Assembly (NCBI GenBank): GCA_050084985.1
Contig: JBITNC010000002.1
Location: 12,896,001 to 12,960,000 of the forward strand
From: Nageia nagi
Lineage: Eukaryota > Plantae > Pinophyta
Reading direction: 5' to 3'
Length of the DNA: 64,000 nucleotides
This document shows positions 1 through 11,758 of the stretch, one piece after another. Position 1 is the first letter of the stretch; the number at the start of each line of letters is the position of its first letter. The position numbers were made by a program, and so were the translations under genes. Under the pieces are notes generated by a model. That model was not told the origin of the DNA. It made no database searches and saw nothing but the letters and a program-made list of their open reading frames with translations.

Positions 1-1471
1 AACCATTGCATTTTTCTTTTCCAAATTCCTCTTCTTCTTGTAGAAGTATAATTCAAGATGAAGCTTCCAAAATTTGTCATGTACATATCCATCCTTGTGA
101 CAATGTTAATCATTTCTATTATCATCTTATTTCTTTATGGTTTTAGTGGCCTTCAATTCTTGTTTCTTTGTTGTTTCCTTTATCTTGAAATTTTCTTCTT
201 TCTTTACATCCCATATTGCTTAGATCCCAATTGGAGTCCTCATATTCCTTTATTTGTATTGAATCTTGTTTTGAATATTGATCTTGGATATTTAATTGGT
301 AAATATTGGTAGGATTTAACAACATTATATTCTTTTTAAAATTAATATGTATCCCTTCACTATACTCCATGAACACTTGAGGATCTTTTAGTGAAATCCA
401 AAGGAAGATTTATTATTTTATAAATTTTGATATATGTATTCATGGACTATTTTGCCTCTTTGCTATTTAAATCACTACGATGTCATAATTTTCTTATTAT
501 GATGATCCAATGGATAGAATTGATATCTATATAGGTTCTCAAATTCCTCCTAAGAAGAGATAGGTGGTATGTTTTCATGCTTGAGGAATTCCATGTGACT
601 CTCTTACAAAATCAAATCATGTACACCAAATTTTATCCTTACAAAAGAGATTTTTTATTCATCATTAATAATATTTTAAATTTAAATATGTATCTCCAAT
701 TATTTTACTTAGTTATTTAATTTATAAGCATCAAATTCTCCTATAAAAGTACAAATTTCAAGTTTGATCTCTATGTTGAATGGTAATTATGTAGTGATAT
801 TAGAAGGAATAACACTAATCGGACTCTTCCTATTACACTCAAGCATTCTAGGCTCCTCCTTGGGTTTTCTTCCAAGCATCAAATCTATGAATCTAGTCAT
901 ATTTTTATCCATTTTAATAAATCTCCTCTCAAAATTTGAATAATACATTCTTGTTTTAGGTTATTTTACTTCTTCTCCTTTAATATAAATTGTTCTTTTA
1001 TGCCTGTTCCCTTTTTTAAGATTAATGGGAACCAACTCAGTTCCTTGATATCTTCTACCATGCATCCATAAGCCTCAAACTATCAACTTTTTCTCTAATG
1101 CCATGTGATCCATAAAACATTATAAGCTAAGCTATTTTGAAGTTCATCAAATACAAATATTCAAATTTTATTGAATCTAAATAAAAGGAAATGGGTTCTT
1201 GATTGTCAATTTATTGAAAAGAAATGAGTTCTTGATGATCCTACTTAGGTAGAATCTATTTATTAAATTTAATATGATTTTGCAAATTATTGAAAGAAAA
1301 TAACTAATAGTAATAAAATCAACAATCAAACAAATCTACATAGGAAAATGTATGCTTATTCCTCCCAATATGGATGTACATCTAGTTTAATGTGATTTGT
1401 TTCTTATTGGTCCCAAATGAAGCATTAAAATTATAGATAATATGGAATAACATTATAAAACATCCACAACA
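1..1471 (-). mobile_element. Degenerate Ty3/gypsy 5' part: LTR (~1104-1471), PBS (1093-1103) and gag remnant running off the window start
   Basis: Minus-strand TGGCATTAGAG (decayed tRNA-iMet PBS) next to an LTR-like segment starting TGTTG at 1471. Bases 60-430 are the reverse-complement homolog of the gag region at ~14000-14400 (e.g. AAAGATCCTCAAGTGTT in both). Confidence 0.65.
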
Positions 1472-1899
1472 CTCCACCCTTCAATTTGCAACACTCCTTG
1501 TATCTATCTAAATTTGCAATAGCTTCTTATACCCTCACCAATGGATTAAGAACCTTTAACAAAAATTGAATAACAACCATAATTAATTCATTAATATCAT
1601 ATTGAAGTAGTTAGAAATATGTATGGAAGAAATCCAATGTCGCTTGAACTAGAAATAACTTTCCAACTCCCAAAAATAATTCCAATCATTGCAACTTCCA
1701 ATGTAACCATAAAAAGACTAGGATCACTTGTAGCTTGAAAGTTATTCATAAAGTACTATTGGTGATCTCTTTCATAAAGTGCCACATCCCATAATTTAAG
1801 GAGAATGTACAATCCCAAGCATGGATGATGTCGGTGATGTCTATCTCCATTCTTGGTGACCAAACCTCCAAAATGATCCTTTTTTTGATAGATAAGAGA

Positions 1900-2200
1900 T
1901 GGGAACCAATGTAAACAGAATGCGACTTAGTTTCTCATCAAATGATTAAACTAGAAAGAGGAGAATTATATTTAGAAGTTGTAATATATTCTCTAGCAAT
2001 TTCTAGCTTTGAAAAGAAATCTCTGTGAAGGAAGAGGACATGCAACGATCGTAATATAAGCGTAATATTTATATTGTGATTATTATTTCGATAAACATTA
2101 TAGTATTAATATTATAAGTATCAATTTTAACATAAAAAATAATATTAATATTTGTATATATAATTGTACTTGAAATCATTAACTCATCATCAAATATGAT
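1900..2200 (+). mobile_element. Remnant 3' end of a chromovirus-type gypsy (chromodomain, PPT, start of 3' LTR); paralog of 21050-21350
   Basis: TGTGAAGGAAGAGGACATG (~2025-2042) aligns with TGTGAAGGAGGAGAGCATG (~21165-21183); sequence on both sides also aligns. Confidence 0.55.
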
Positions 2201-5171
2201 TTTTCTTAACATCTTAGTGCACAAACCAGATTATGCCCTTTTGAAATGGCTTTCCATTCTTAAGTTGTAAAGAACATTATGAATTGCTATTTGAACGCTC
2301 ATTACAAATTGCTGCTATTATAGTTATGAATTATGAATATGAATGTTGTGGTGATGAATTACTATTGTTCCTAACTTGTTTCCATCAAGACAATTTTTTA
2401 TTTCTTTGAGGATGCATCCAGCTAGAAACGACTCTTACTATGAATAGATTCAATTACAGATACAATTGATGCAAAAGATCTCTACGTCGGACATATAATG
2501 CTACAAGTCCGATTTTAACCCTGATTAATTACACTCAACTTAATTCCGTCGTTCTCCAACTATCCTATCATGCAAAAAAATAGGTTGACATCTATAATGC
2601 GAGAGCATTATCATGCCTCTTGTAATAATTACGTTAAAGAAAGATAAGTAACTGATGGCTTGAACCTTCAATTGCACTCACTAAATAGTGATGGAATCAT
2701 GCTTTTGTTCTGTGAAATAATCCTTTTTCTAAATCAATATAAAATCTAGGTGAAAAATCTTAATCTGAATAAGAATTATCCATTTCATGGAATTTAATTC
2801 GAGTAATTTTTCTTATATGATCTTGGATTCGTTTAAAACCACCCATACTCCCTCGTCTAGCGATCCAATACCAGATTCTTTTCAAAGCTGTAAAATTTAA
2901 ATAGTTATGTATCAGTCTTCTCATTAAAAAAGGCGAGTTATTTACGCCAGCTATTGTTATCCAATAACTATGGAAAGTTTAGCATCTATGCGGCAATTGC
3001 TATTTTTCTTGGCCAAAATCATAAGGCTTATCCATTCGATACGTTCTGGTCATTACGGACGCTGACGTCCTCGAGAATATTGACCCTTCAGAATGCCTAA
3101 TTATATATCTTGAAGGCCAATGACAAAGAGCCCCAGCTCTCCTAGATGGAGACCACTTATCAAATGCCTGCTGGATTTCTATATTAAGCTACGAAATCCA
3201 ATGTCCAATCTTCGAATGTTCTCCTAAAAGGATTCTAAAAAACCCCATGATGCGGTTGTACGATATGCATATCGACCAATACGAACCACAGAAGTGTTAA
3301 CAAACATAATATACTACAAAGTATGTAAACAAACCCTTTTATACTATGGGAGTTCGATACATACGTTGGATTGCTAATAGCGATCAAGCCTGCAGCCTGT
3401 TATAACATTAATTATCAAGGGGAACATAAAAATGGGCTACAAAAACACTTTTCAAATCTAAAACTTAGCTGTCAAAATACTTCATTACAATTTAAAAACG
3501 AAAAGCAGATTTTAAATTAAACTGTCAAATTTAGTAAGGTGTTTGTCGACAAGAATTATGGATGTTTTGTGTTTTGGGTCTGCAGTAGCATTAACATGGG
3601 TTTTACTTGTGCGATAATTATAAAGACCTACTTAAAAAATCTGAGAAACCCCGTTCATATCAGCGATATATTCATTCAATTTTTATGTTACTGCATTATA
3701 GCCAACCCAAAGCAACTGATTTGTGTATTAAAAATCTTCCCATCAAATAAATGGACTTTCCTTTCATCTTTTGGGATTATTATTCTGAAACGTCTAGGGC
3801 GTGTTTGATCCTTTCTAATGTCTCTGGGAATGATCCACATAGATCTTTTCGTGTTATTGAGTACATAAAATTATCAATTGGAATGATGTTGTATTCTTTG
3901 TAGAAATTGTACTTGTATTTAGCACAGATATAAATATAAAAATATCATCAGAGTTCAGAAAGACTTTTAAATAAAAGGAGAGGAAAATGAGGACAATGAA
4001 AACAGAAATGAAATATACTGACATATACGTTAGATATAATTTACTGCATTATCAAAAAACAAATATTATCTGTAAATTGAGTTTACTCCATCTCAACTGT
4101 TCAAGGAAACTAAAAAAATTCTTTATTTTTTAAGGCCGAAACAGTTATCCTCTGTCTCTAAAAAACTGAAGGCAAACAAAAAATAAGACATCCTGAGGGA
4201 AAGGCCGGTGTCATGGTTATAAGGTCGTATTCCCTTCCATGAGTATGTTTAGTCCTGAACATTGGCCAAAAGAACTGTAAGTTTTTGTAAGAAACATATA
4301 TTTCGTATAATGGTCAGCATTAATTGGTTTCGTTTAGAAATGAAATGAAATATTATTAATGTTCATGGTGAACCAAATATAACCCAAAGAATTTGAAAAA
4401 TATAGACAATGAAAACTACGAAAGTGCCCAACCAAAAAGTTATAACTTCCAAGCATTAGAGTTCTATCAGTGAGCTAGGTTTCCTATTGAAGATAATTCT
4501 GTGAGACCCACAAAAACGTAATCCATAAATTATAAAAAATTTAAGGCACGTTAACATCATAAGCACTACGACTCTGCTTCTAAGAATTTTCTCCCATTCC
4601 ATACAAGGTTAGAACCCACAAATAAGTTAAAAAGTTCAATTTTTATATTGTTTTCCAGAGGTACATATATGGTGGTGTGATAGGATTGAACAACAACAGG
4701 GATGGTGAGATTAGTAATCAATCTTCTACTATGGAAAATATCTATTTTATCAATTCAGTTTTCTAGAACTCGCCATGTGTATGATGATGTTAAAATCCAT
4801 ATATCAGATATGTCAATTAAAAATAAAAATTATATTAGAATCCATAGATATGATAAGATAGGGTAAAAATTAACCATTGTGTACGTTGTACTCATCCACA
4901 GGTGGAGACAAATGCCCTGAAAACAAACAAACATCTGTATGGCAATTATATGACTACAACGTACACGATGGTCGTTAAGATAGTACCGCGATCTATGGTA
5001 TTCTAAACACTCAACTACTGAAGCACAAAAGGAATTGCAAGAGAATTTGTGTTGAAATATGCATTCACCTGTAAACAAACTGCAGTTGTATTGTCAATAT
5101 GGATTAACATCCAACGAGCCTTTTTCTAAAGCTCTTGTGAATATGGATTAACATCCAACGAGCATTAATGC

Positions 5172-5378
5172 TTATACTGTACCATTCCCAGTTATTTCAA
5201 ACCTTACTATCGCCAAAGCCAAACGAGAAGAGAGAGAGTACCTCCTGTGGCTTGCTTCCCGTCCGACTCTGAAATAGTTAGCGTAAATAGCCAGGCGGTA
5301 CTCTCTCTCTTCTCCTTCGGCCTTCGGCGATTCCTTCAAATCATCTATGAAATAATGTAATTCACTAAGTCCTCGCAT
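5172..5378 (-). CDS. Candidate pri-miR529a-encoded peptide (68 aa, MRGLSELHYFIDD...) overlapping the hairpin
   Basis: First ATG after the TATA; open frame through the hairpin; first 10 codons homologous to the copy b ORF. No direct evidence of translation. Confidence 0.25.
   Translation of the reverse strand: MRGLSELHYFIDDLKESPKAEGEEREYRLAIYANYFRVGREASHRRYSLSSRLALAIVRFEITGNGTV
5209..5331 (-). ncRNA. MIR529: pre-miRNA, miR529 family (copy a); predicted mature AGAAGAGAGAGAGUACCGCCU at 5313-5293, star arm 5246-5226
   Basis: Mature differs at one position (17) from the recalled monocot/gymnosperm miR529 AGAAGAGAGAGAGUACAGCCU. The 21-bp duplex has one mismatch. The ~17-19 bp lower stem AUCGCCGAAGGCCGAAGG/CGUUUGGCUUUGGCGAU has G:U pairs that form only on the minus strand. 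TATA box ~80 nt upstream. Confidence 0.9.
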
Positions 5379-5399
5379 GCCCCGTGCTCTATTGTTGCA

Positions 5400-5660
5400 C
5401 AAATCTCTCGTATATATAGCCCATTTGTCAACTGTCCTTCACACAATCAAACCATGCAAATTCTGGAGGAGAAGATAACGGCAGACCTTTCAACAGAATG
5501 CACATGAAGAGTATGATTGAAAAGGCCACGAATTCAAGGTCGAAGTGGCTCCATACCCACTAAATAGTGATAATTGCTTAATGTGGTGTGTACTCCATTT
5601 CTGCATCCTTTGTCAAAGCCATCATTATGACCTATTGAATCTAACCACACATTGAACATT
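5400..5660 (-). promoter_or_regulatory. Pol II promoter of MIR529 copy a, TATA (CTATATATA) at 5419-5411
   Basis: TATA in the expected orientation. The upstream ~250 bp is strongly conserved with 25060-25310 (GAAAAGGCCACGAA, AAATAGTGATAAT, TTGTCAAAGCCATCATTATGA, ATTGAATCTAACCACAC); TTGAC motif just upstream of the TATA. Confidence 0.7.
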
Positions 5661-6151
5661 TTACTTTTAATCCAAGTAGCTTGTGTTCGACTTTTAGTTT
5701 CCAGATCTTATCTGCCATCAAATTTTGAAATAGTCGATGCAAATAATAATGCTTTAGCCCCACTTGGAATGGTTTAAATAATTTGAATGTTAAAATTATT
5801 TTTCATATTGGAATTAAAACTAGTTTAAAAAAATTTAATAGAGGAAACAAGTTTCTATATCATTATATTAAAAAAGGACATTTATTGTGATTAAATTATG
5901 ATAGTATTTTAGGGTTTTTGAAATATATTTTAAAAGATAAGGTTTTTAATAAGAAATTTTAAATGAATTGATAGATATGGAGTTGGAGAGGTGGTAGATA
6001 CAGGAGGTTCAAGTTTAAAATTCTCTGCCTCTAAAAATTGATTAAAATTCTCTATCTCTAAAAGTTAAAATATACCTAAAAGTTGATGAAAGATGTAGAT
6101 GATACGAGAATTAAACTTAAAAATTCATGATACCTTATATCAAAAGACCAA

Positions 6152-6153
<2 letters not shown>

Positions 6154-6204
<51 letters not shown>
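6154..6204. repeat. (TA)n microsatellite
   Basis: Perfect TA run. Confidence 0.97.
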
Positions 6205-6207
<3 letters not shown>

Positions 6208-6539
6208 TATTTTAGATTTGCAATCTTTTATCATATCATAATAGAAACTTGCCATCATATTGAATTGGCATCTGAAAATCACTCCTCTTCACGTTGTTGC
6301 AACTCTTTTGGTATCCCCCATGAGCCATCTTCACTACGCCTGCATTCATTCTAATCGAGACTCATCTCACCCTATTTAATGCAAGGAATAATATAGGGAA
6401 ATAGATAACAATGACACTCTAGATAAGCCTCAAGGTGTGCAATTCCTCCATATTGAATGAGAGATATCCTCTGTTCTGGATGAAATGATAAGGAAAACAT
6501 TGTTATGAAATTTAAAGAACTCATCAGATTAGTGAAATG

Positions 6540-6540
<1 letters not shown>

Positions 6541-6600
<60 letters not shown>
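6541..6600. repeat. (TA)30 microsatellite
   Basis: Perfect TA run. Confidence 0.97.
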
Positions 6601-6604
<4 letters not shown>

Positions 6605-7279
6605 CAGGGGTATTCTTTAATATTGGTTATTCAAGGTAGTTTATGGATCAGTTAAAGGCAATATAAAGTTTAGGGGTTTCGACCTCATCTTCTATTCAAC
6701 AAGTTGTTACGAAATTAGGGCATTTATTAATTCGACATGTAGTCGAATATGCGTTATTGGAATTGTTATCTACCAAATGGTTATTCAATGCCAGAATAGC
6801 ATCCTTCCATGGGGGATAAAATGGAGCTATAGCCTCTAACTATAACATTTAGGCTAGCCTTGGGATTATTATAAGAGATTCTATCTTCTTGCCTGAATAT
6901 TTAGTTTTTGTATCTCATAATTTGAAGATCTTTTATAAGATGCATCAATGTCTTCTAAAAGTTTTATTTTCACAAATAAATTTCCTATGTGATAGTTTTA
7001 TTTAATTAATAATAAAAATTGTATTAATATCTTATCTTTCAATGCTTAACAAGTCTTAAATGAAAAAATATGTTGCCTCATACCCAAGCGTATAGTGATG
7101 TGTCTTCGCATTACTAGTATATGATCACTATAAATATTAAATTATTTACACTAAGAAACTTTAATGGGTATATGATAAAATGTACGTTACTTATATTCTT
7201 ATTATAAAATAAGATAAGTCCTTGAACATTAATTTAAATCTATGGTTTTGTAGGACCTAATACTATAGTTTAGAAGTGA

Positions 7280-7395
7280 ATGCATATCAATTAATTATTT
7301 GAGTATTTGAATAAATCAATTAAGTATTTAATTATTTGAATATATCAATTAAGTCTTTGAGTAATTGAATATATCAATTAAGTATTTGAATGATT
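7280..7395. repeat. Short degenerate tandem repeat (ATATCAATTAAGTATTTGA core, ~4 copies)
   Basis: ATCAATTAA recurs about every 30 bp. Confidence 0.6.
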
Positions 7396-10300
7396 GTTTT
7401 AGACATAAGTAATTTTTGTTATCTTGGTTAAACATTTATGGATCTAATTGAAGTTACAAATATCTTTGTAGGTTTATCCCATGTGTTTATAAAGTATATC
7501 TAATTCATACTTTATGGAATATACATTGCAATTATTACTAATTCTTTTATCCCTATGGTATCTTAGGTGTTGTTGATCTACTCATTATGTAAATCATCAG
7601 AATTAATTCTTAATTTTGTGATTACAATTTTATTTTTCATACTAGTAACCTATTGTGTGTAGGAAGCAAGTTAGGGTTTTGGATTAATGATATTTTTATA
7701 GTAAATTAGTTCTTTTTTACTTTTTTCTTTATATATATGTATCTTTGATGTTGTCATCATACCAAAATTTTTCATTTACTTTATTTTTAATTTGAATTTC
7801 TAACTTATCACTATCAAAAGGGGTTATGTTATTATGTAGGTCCCAAAAATCAAGCCACTTATCAAAGTATTTTATCCAATCTTTTTTAAGACATTGATGA
7901 GTTAGGAAAATTTGTTGGGCAACTACAGGAAATCTAACTTTGTTAATTTATATTTTATAATATGTAACATTTTAAAGTTTCACTTTTAATAAAGAGTAAT
8001 CTAGTTTCCATGAGGTGGATAGGGTAGAGTATGTTATATCTGATTTTGAAATTATTAAGGATAAATTGTTTTTGAATTTGTTCAATTTTTATTAACTTAT
8101 TGTAGATTTACTAAAAACATGCATATGAATTATTAGAGACATTAGCTTTCTTATTTCTAATTATCATCATTGGCATTGTAAGTATCAAATATCCACATTT
8201 CAAGACTATTTCCTAATATGAATCATTGGCCTTTCTCAAGAAAAATATGCATAATCCTCCATGTTATGATGATTGTGTACCTCTATAATTATAATAAATA
8301 TTTTATTAATAGTTATTATATTTCAATACTCCTAGATAATTTATTTGTTATACTTAAGTTTTTATCTCATGACTTTCAATTTTAAAATTGATTAGTAGTA
8401 CATGCATCATGTTCTATTGAAGTAACTTTTCTTACCTATTATTTGCAGTTCATCCAATACATAAAAATTAAAATAGAAATAAAAACTTTGTTTTCATCCT
8501 TCATGAAATTATAAAATTATAGTTATATTTTTTCATAGTATGTTTATATTTTCTTTGATATACTTATACTTGAATCTTGATCTTGATGGAATTATATTTT
8601 TGTTTGCAAGGTCTCTTGTTTTATCTTACAAGTAGAATTGGATTCAAATAATTACAAAAACCTCATCTAAGTTATTATTTATTATTTTCCTTGTTATGTG
8701 TTATATACAAGTTTAGAGTTTTTTTTTTTGTGTAGAATTGAAAATTCTTGAGAATCTTATATTGGCAAAACACTCATAAAATATAAACAAGGAAAAATAT
8801 TTGTATCATTATTAATGATTATACTAATTGTAAATTCATGTTTATATTCAATTGGAAATTCATATTTATATACAAGGGTGAATTCTAAAATTTTGATGTG
8901 ATCCTTCATAAGAGATATCAAACCAACGTAGAGAGGATATATATTGAAAGGTAATACTTAAATTCTAAAACTTTATTCATACAAACTTTGAAATTTAACT
9001 ACCTTCTTTAAAATTTGAAACAATATGTAATAAAAATTAATATTTTCTATATATATATATATATAATTGATGATAAGATTTAATTAAGTTAGTAATAAAT
9101 TGAAGTTGTTTATTTTTCAAATTATGGATAATATTATATAACATGTCAAAGTTTAATTAGAATTATAAAAATTTATAAATTCAAAAGTGAGATGGAATAT
9201 CTAATATCACATGATATTATAATATAGAAATTCTTTTAATATGTTCTAAAAATAGATCTTTTACCTAGACATGACTAACGAATTAACTTGAACAAATGTT
9301 GATAGATATGAAACTAAACAGAAACACAATGATATTTTGTAAAGCATTATAATGATATATAAGAAATTTTGTATCGTGTACAAGAAATGGATCTAATTGA
9401 AAATGAAGTAGTTGTTTGATTATGATCAAATCTACTTGTATATTTGTGATATGTTATGTATAAATCTTAAATTCTAATTCATTTTTATTATCAATATTAA
9501 TAAGTTTGATATTGGATCAAATGGCATCATTATATAGTGTGAATTATGGTTCTTTTAATTTATTATACCATGTGATTCACACCACCTTCCCTAAGGGGTT
9601 ACTACAATAGTTAACTCTTTGACTCTTGGAATGGTTTTTCCAACATGTTGAAATTCATTCACCCTTTGGCTATAGAAAATAATTTTCTTAAGATTAAACT
9701 TAAAAAAGTGAAATCACAACAACATTTTAAGTATTCTTGATAGTTCGATTAAATATTTTGCAAGATTTATCATGTAAAAAATAATATGTATTGAAAATAG
9801 ATATTGTATAATACATACTTTAATGTTAATCCTATTTATTATGATTCATCAACTATGAACCATTGTTATGAGTGTTAGGTATATATTTACCTGTAAATAA
9901 TAATGTCAAGGGATGGTTATTGAATATTATCTTATTTTCTTGCATGATTACATGTAAGATTTCGAGATTGACCTTCTTGAAATATTCTTTAGATATATTT
10001 TCTTGAAGTGGTGATTGCATTTGAAGATTTCATAGTATATTAGATATTTTAAAAATCTCCTATTTTAATTTCTATTTACTAATTATTCTTTTCAAATGAA
10101 ACATCAAATTGTTTCTTCTTATACTTTACCTAGTTGAATAATTTCAAGTGCTATTGAAACAAGAAATTTATTACTTATGGAAAAGAAATTCAAGAGAAAC
10201 AAAGGTTGTTATTAACAAGATTTACTTACATTATTTACATAAATATTTCTCTTTTTCTTTTCTTTGTTTCTTCTTCTAATCAAGGATAACTGTATTAATT

Positions 10301-10662
10301 AATTTCACATTTTATTTGGATAGCATGATGGATGGAATTTTTCTATGAGCGAGTAAAACATATAGGAATGTGGTTCACTCTAGATCAATGGTAGTCAAAA
10401 GGATGGAAACACAAGTAAGGATGAGTCAATGATAAAAAGGAAGATATGAATATGGATGAAAAACAACGACATTGCTGATACATATGACAGACAATAAAAT
10501 TGGTGGGAAATAATGTGTCAAGAGCATATGAACTAAGACAAAAGAGCTCTTCTCATTTAATCTATTTCTTTTTTCTTGATGATAAAGTGCAAAAATTCAT
10601 TTTTCTGCTACTACTTAAAATGCATCATTAAAGGATTGTGGATTGCATTAACAATTGCTGCT

Positions 10663-10810
10663 TCTATTACAAAAATCTAACAGAGTAGATAAATAAAAGA
10701 GTACCTCCTATGTCTTACTTTCCATGCGTTGGATCTTTCTCTCTGTTCAGAATCTGATGATTCTATCACAAACAAGCAGATCCTGAATATACAACGATAG
10801 CTAGATGGAT
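10663..10810 (-). pseudogene. Decayed third MIR529 paralog (star arm and lower stem recognisable, mature arm lost)
   Basis: AGAGTACCTCCTATGTCTTACTTTCCATGCG matches copy a AGAGTACCTCCTGTGGCTTGCTTCCCGTCCG at 25/31. The preceding CTATTACAAAAATCTAACAGAG resembles copy b CTATCACCAAAACCAAACGAG. ATAGCTAGATGG resembles ATAGCCAGGCGG. Confidence 0.5.
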
Positions 10811-11755
10811 ATTGAAAATACTTAGAAACCTGAATACATTATCATACAAATTATGTTTCTCTCGCCTCTCATAAGGATGCATTCACCTACCTATTGTTTC
10901 TGGTCTTATACGACTGTTAGGACAAGTCTTTTGGAGGGAAAACTCTTCGTAATTATGAGAGACTGTAAAGCTGTGAATGTTGCAGTCAAAAATAGTTGTG
11001 GGGAAGGTTATGATTGAACAATCCATAAATTACTCTACAGCAAGCACCGACAAAACTATCACAATTGATTATTCTTGGGGTTTCCAAGGTCAACAGCAGC
11101 AATGATGATCACTCCCACCTTTCCAAGGTCCCTTCTTCCAAAGCTCTTGTCACGAAATCTGATAAAACAAAGGCTTTGGAAGAACTCTTCCAGTTCCAAT
11201 GCCTCACGACGGAGGTGGAGGACGCACTAGTTTTCCAAGATTATTAAATATGAGATACAGTGACGAGCAGGTGGGATAAGTTTATTAATATATTTAAAAA
11301 GCAGACTTGGCCCCATGATATAGTCTCTTCAAATCAAACGCTCTGAAGTATAGTTCATTCATGGCAATGGTAATGAAATGATTAAAATATTGCTCCAATT
11401 TTGAAATTTTCAAACAAATAATTAAAATTAGAAAGATGGAGCATGCGTGGGCTTTTTAATAAATTTGTGACGTATGCGGCATTTAGTAGTCGATATGATG
11501 ATTCAAATTATAGGTGCATGAAAATGGGACTTCTGTAGCGTTAACTTTAAAGCTTGCAGTCATTTATCAGTTCGCTGCTACTCGACACCCTTTCAAATTA
11601 TCAATTGGGGCTAGCTTGGAAGGCTTATGTTTTGAAAGAATTAGATGATTCAAAACTTGACAAGAAAATTTTCAATGACACGGTTTTATATCAATAAAAA
11701 TTGATATACGTGTACGGGTGGAGAAAATTATATGTGGTATGGTTAGTAGGTGGGA

Positions 11756-11758
<3 letters not shown>

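Larger units (their letters stand above)
1900..5830. repeat. Segmental duplication unit A containing MIR529 locus a (paralog ~21050-25460)
   Basis: Colinear blocks shared with unit B, e.g. TGGTGATGAATTACT, GTGATGGAATCATGCTT, TTGGCCAAAATCATA, TAAGCTACGAAAT, TATGTAAACAAACCCTTTTA, TGAGTTTACTC, TGTGAGACCCACAAAAA, TTGTCAAAGCCATCATTATGA. Identity judged by eye at roughly 70-80% with indels. Confidence 0.92.

Noticed and set aside
6620-10300. Possible gene or intact element in this AT-rich stretch
   Set aside because: No ORFs or motifs I can support; only faint LTR-end-like words (~7820, ~9600), so left unannotated.
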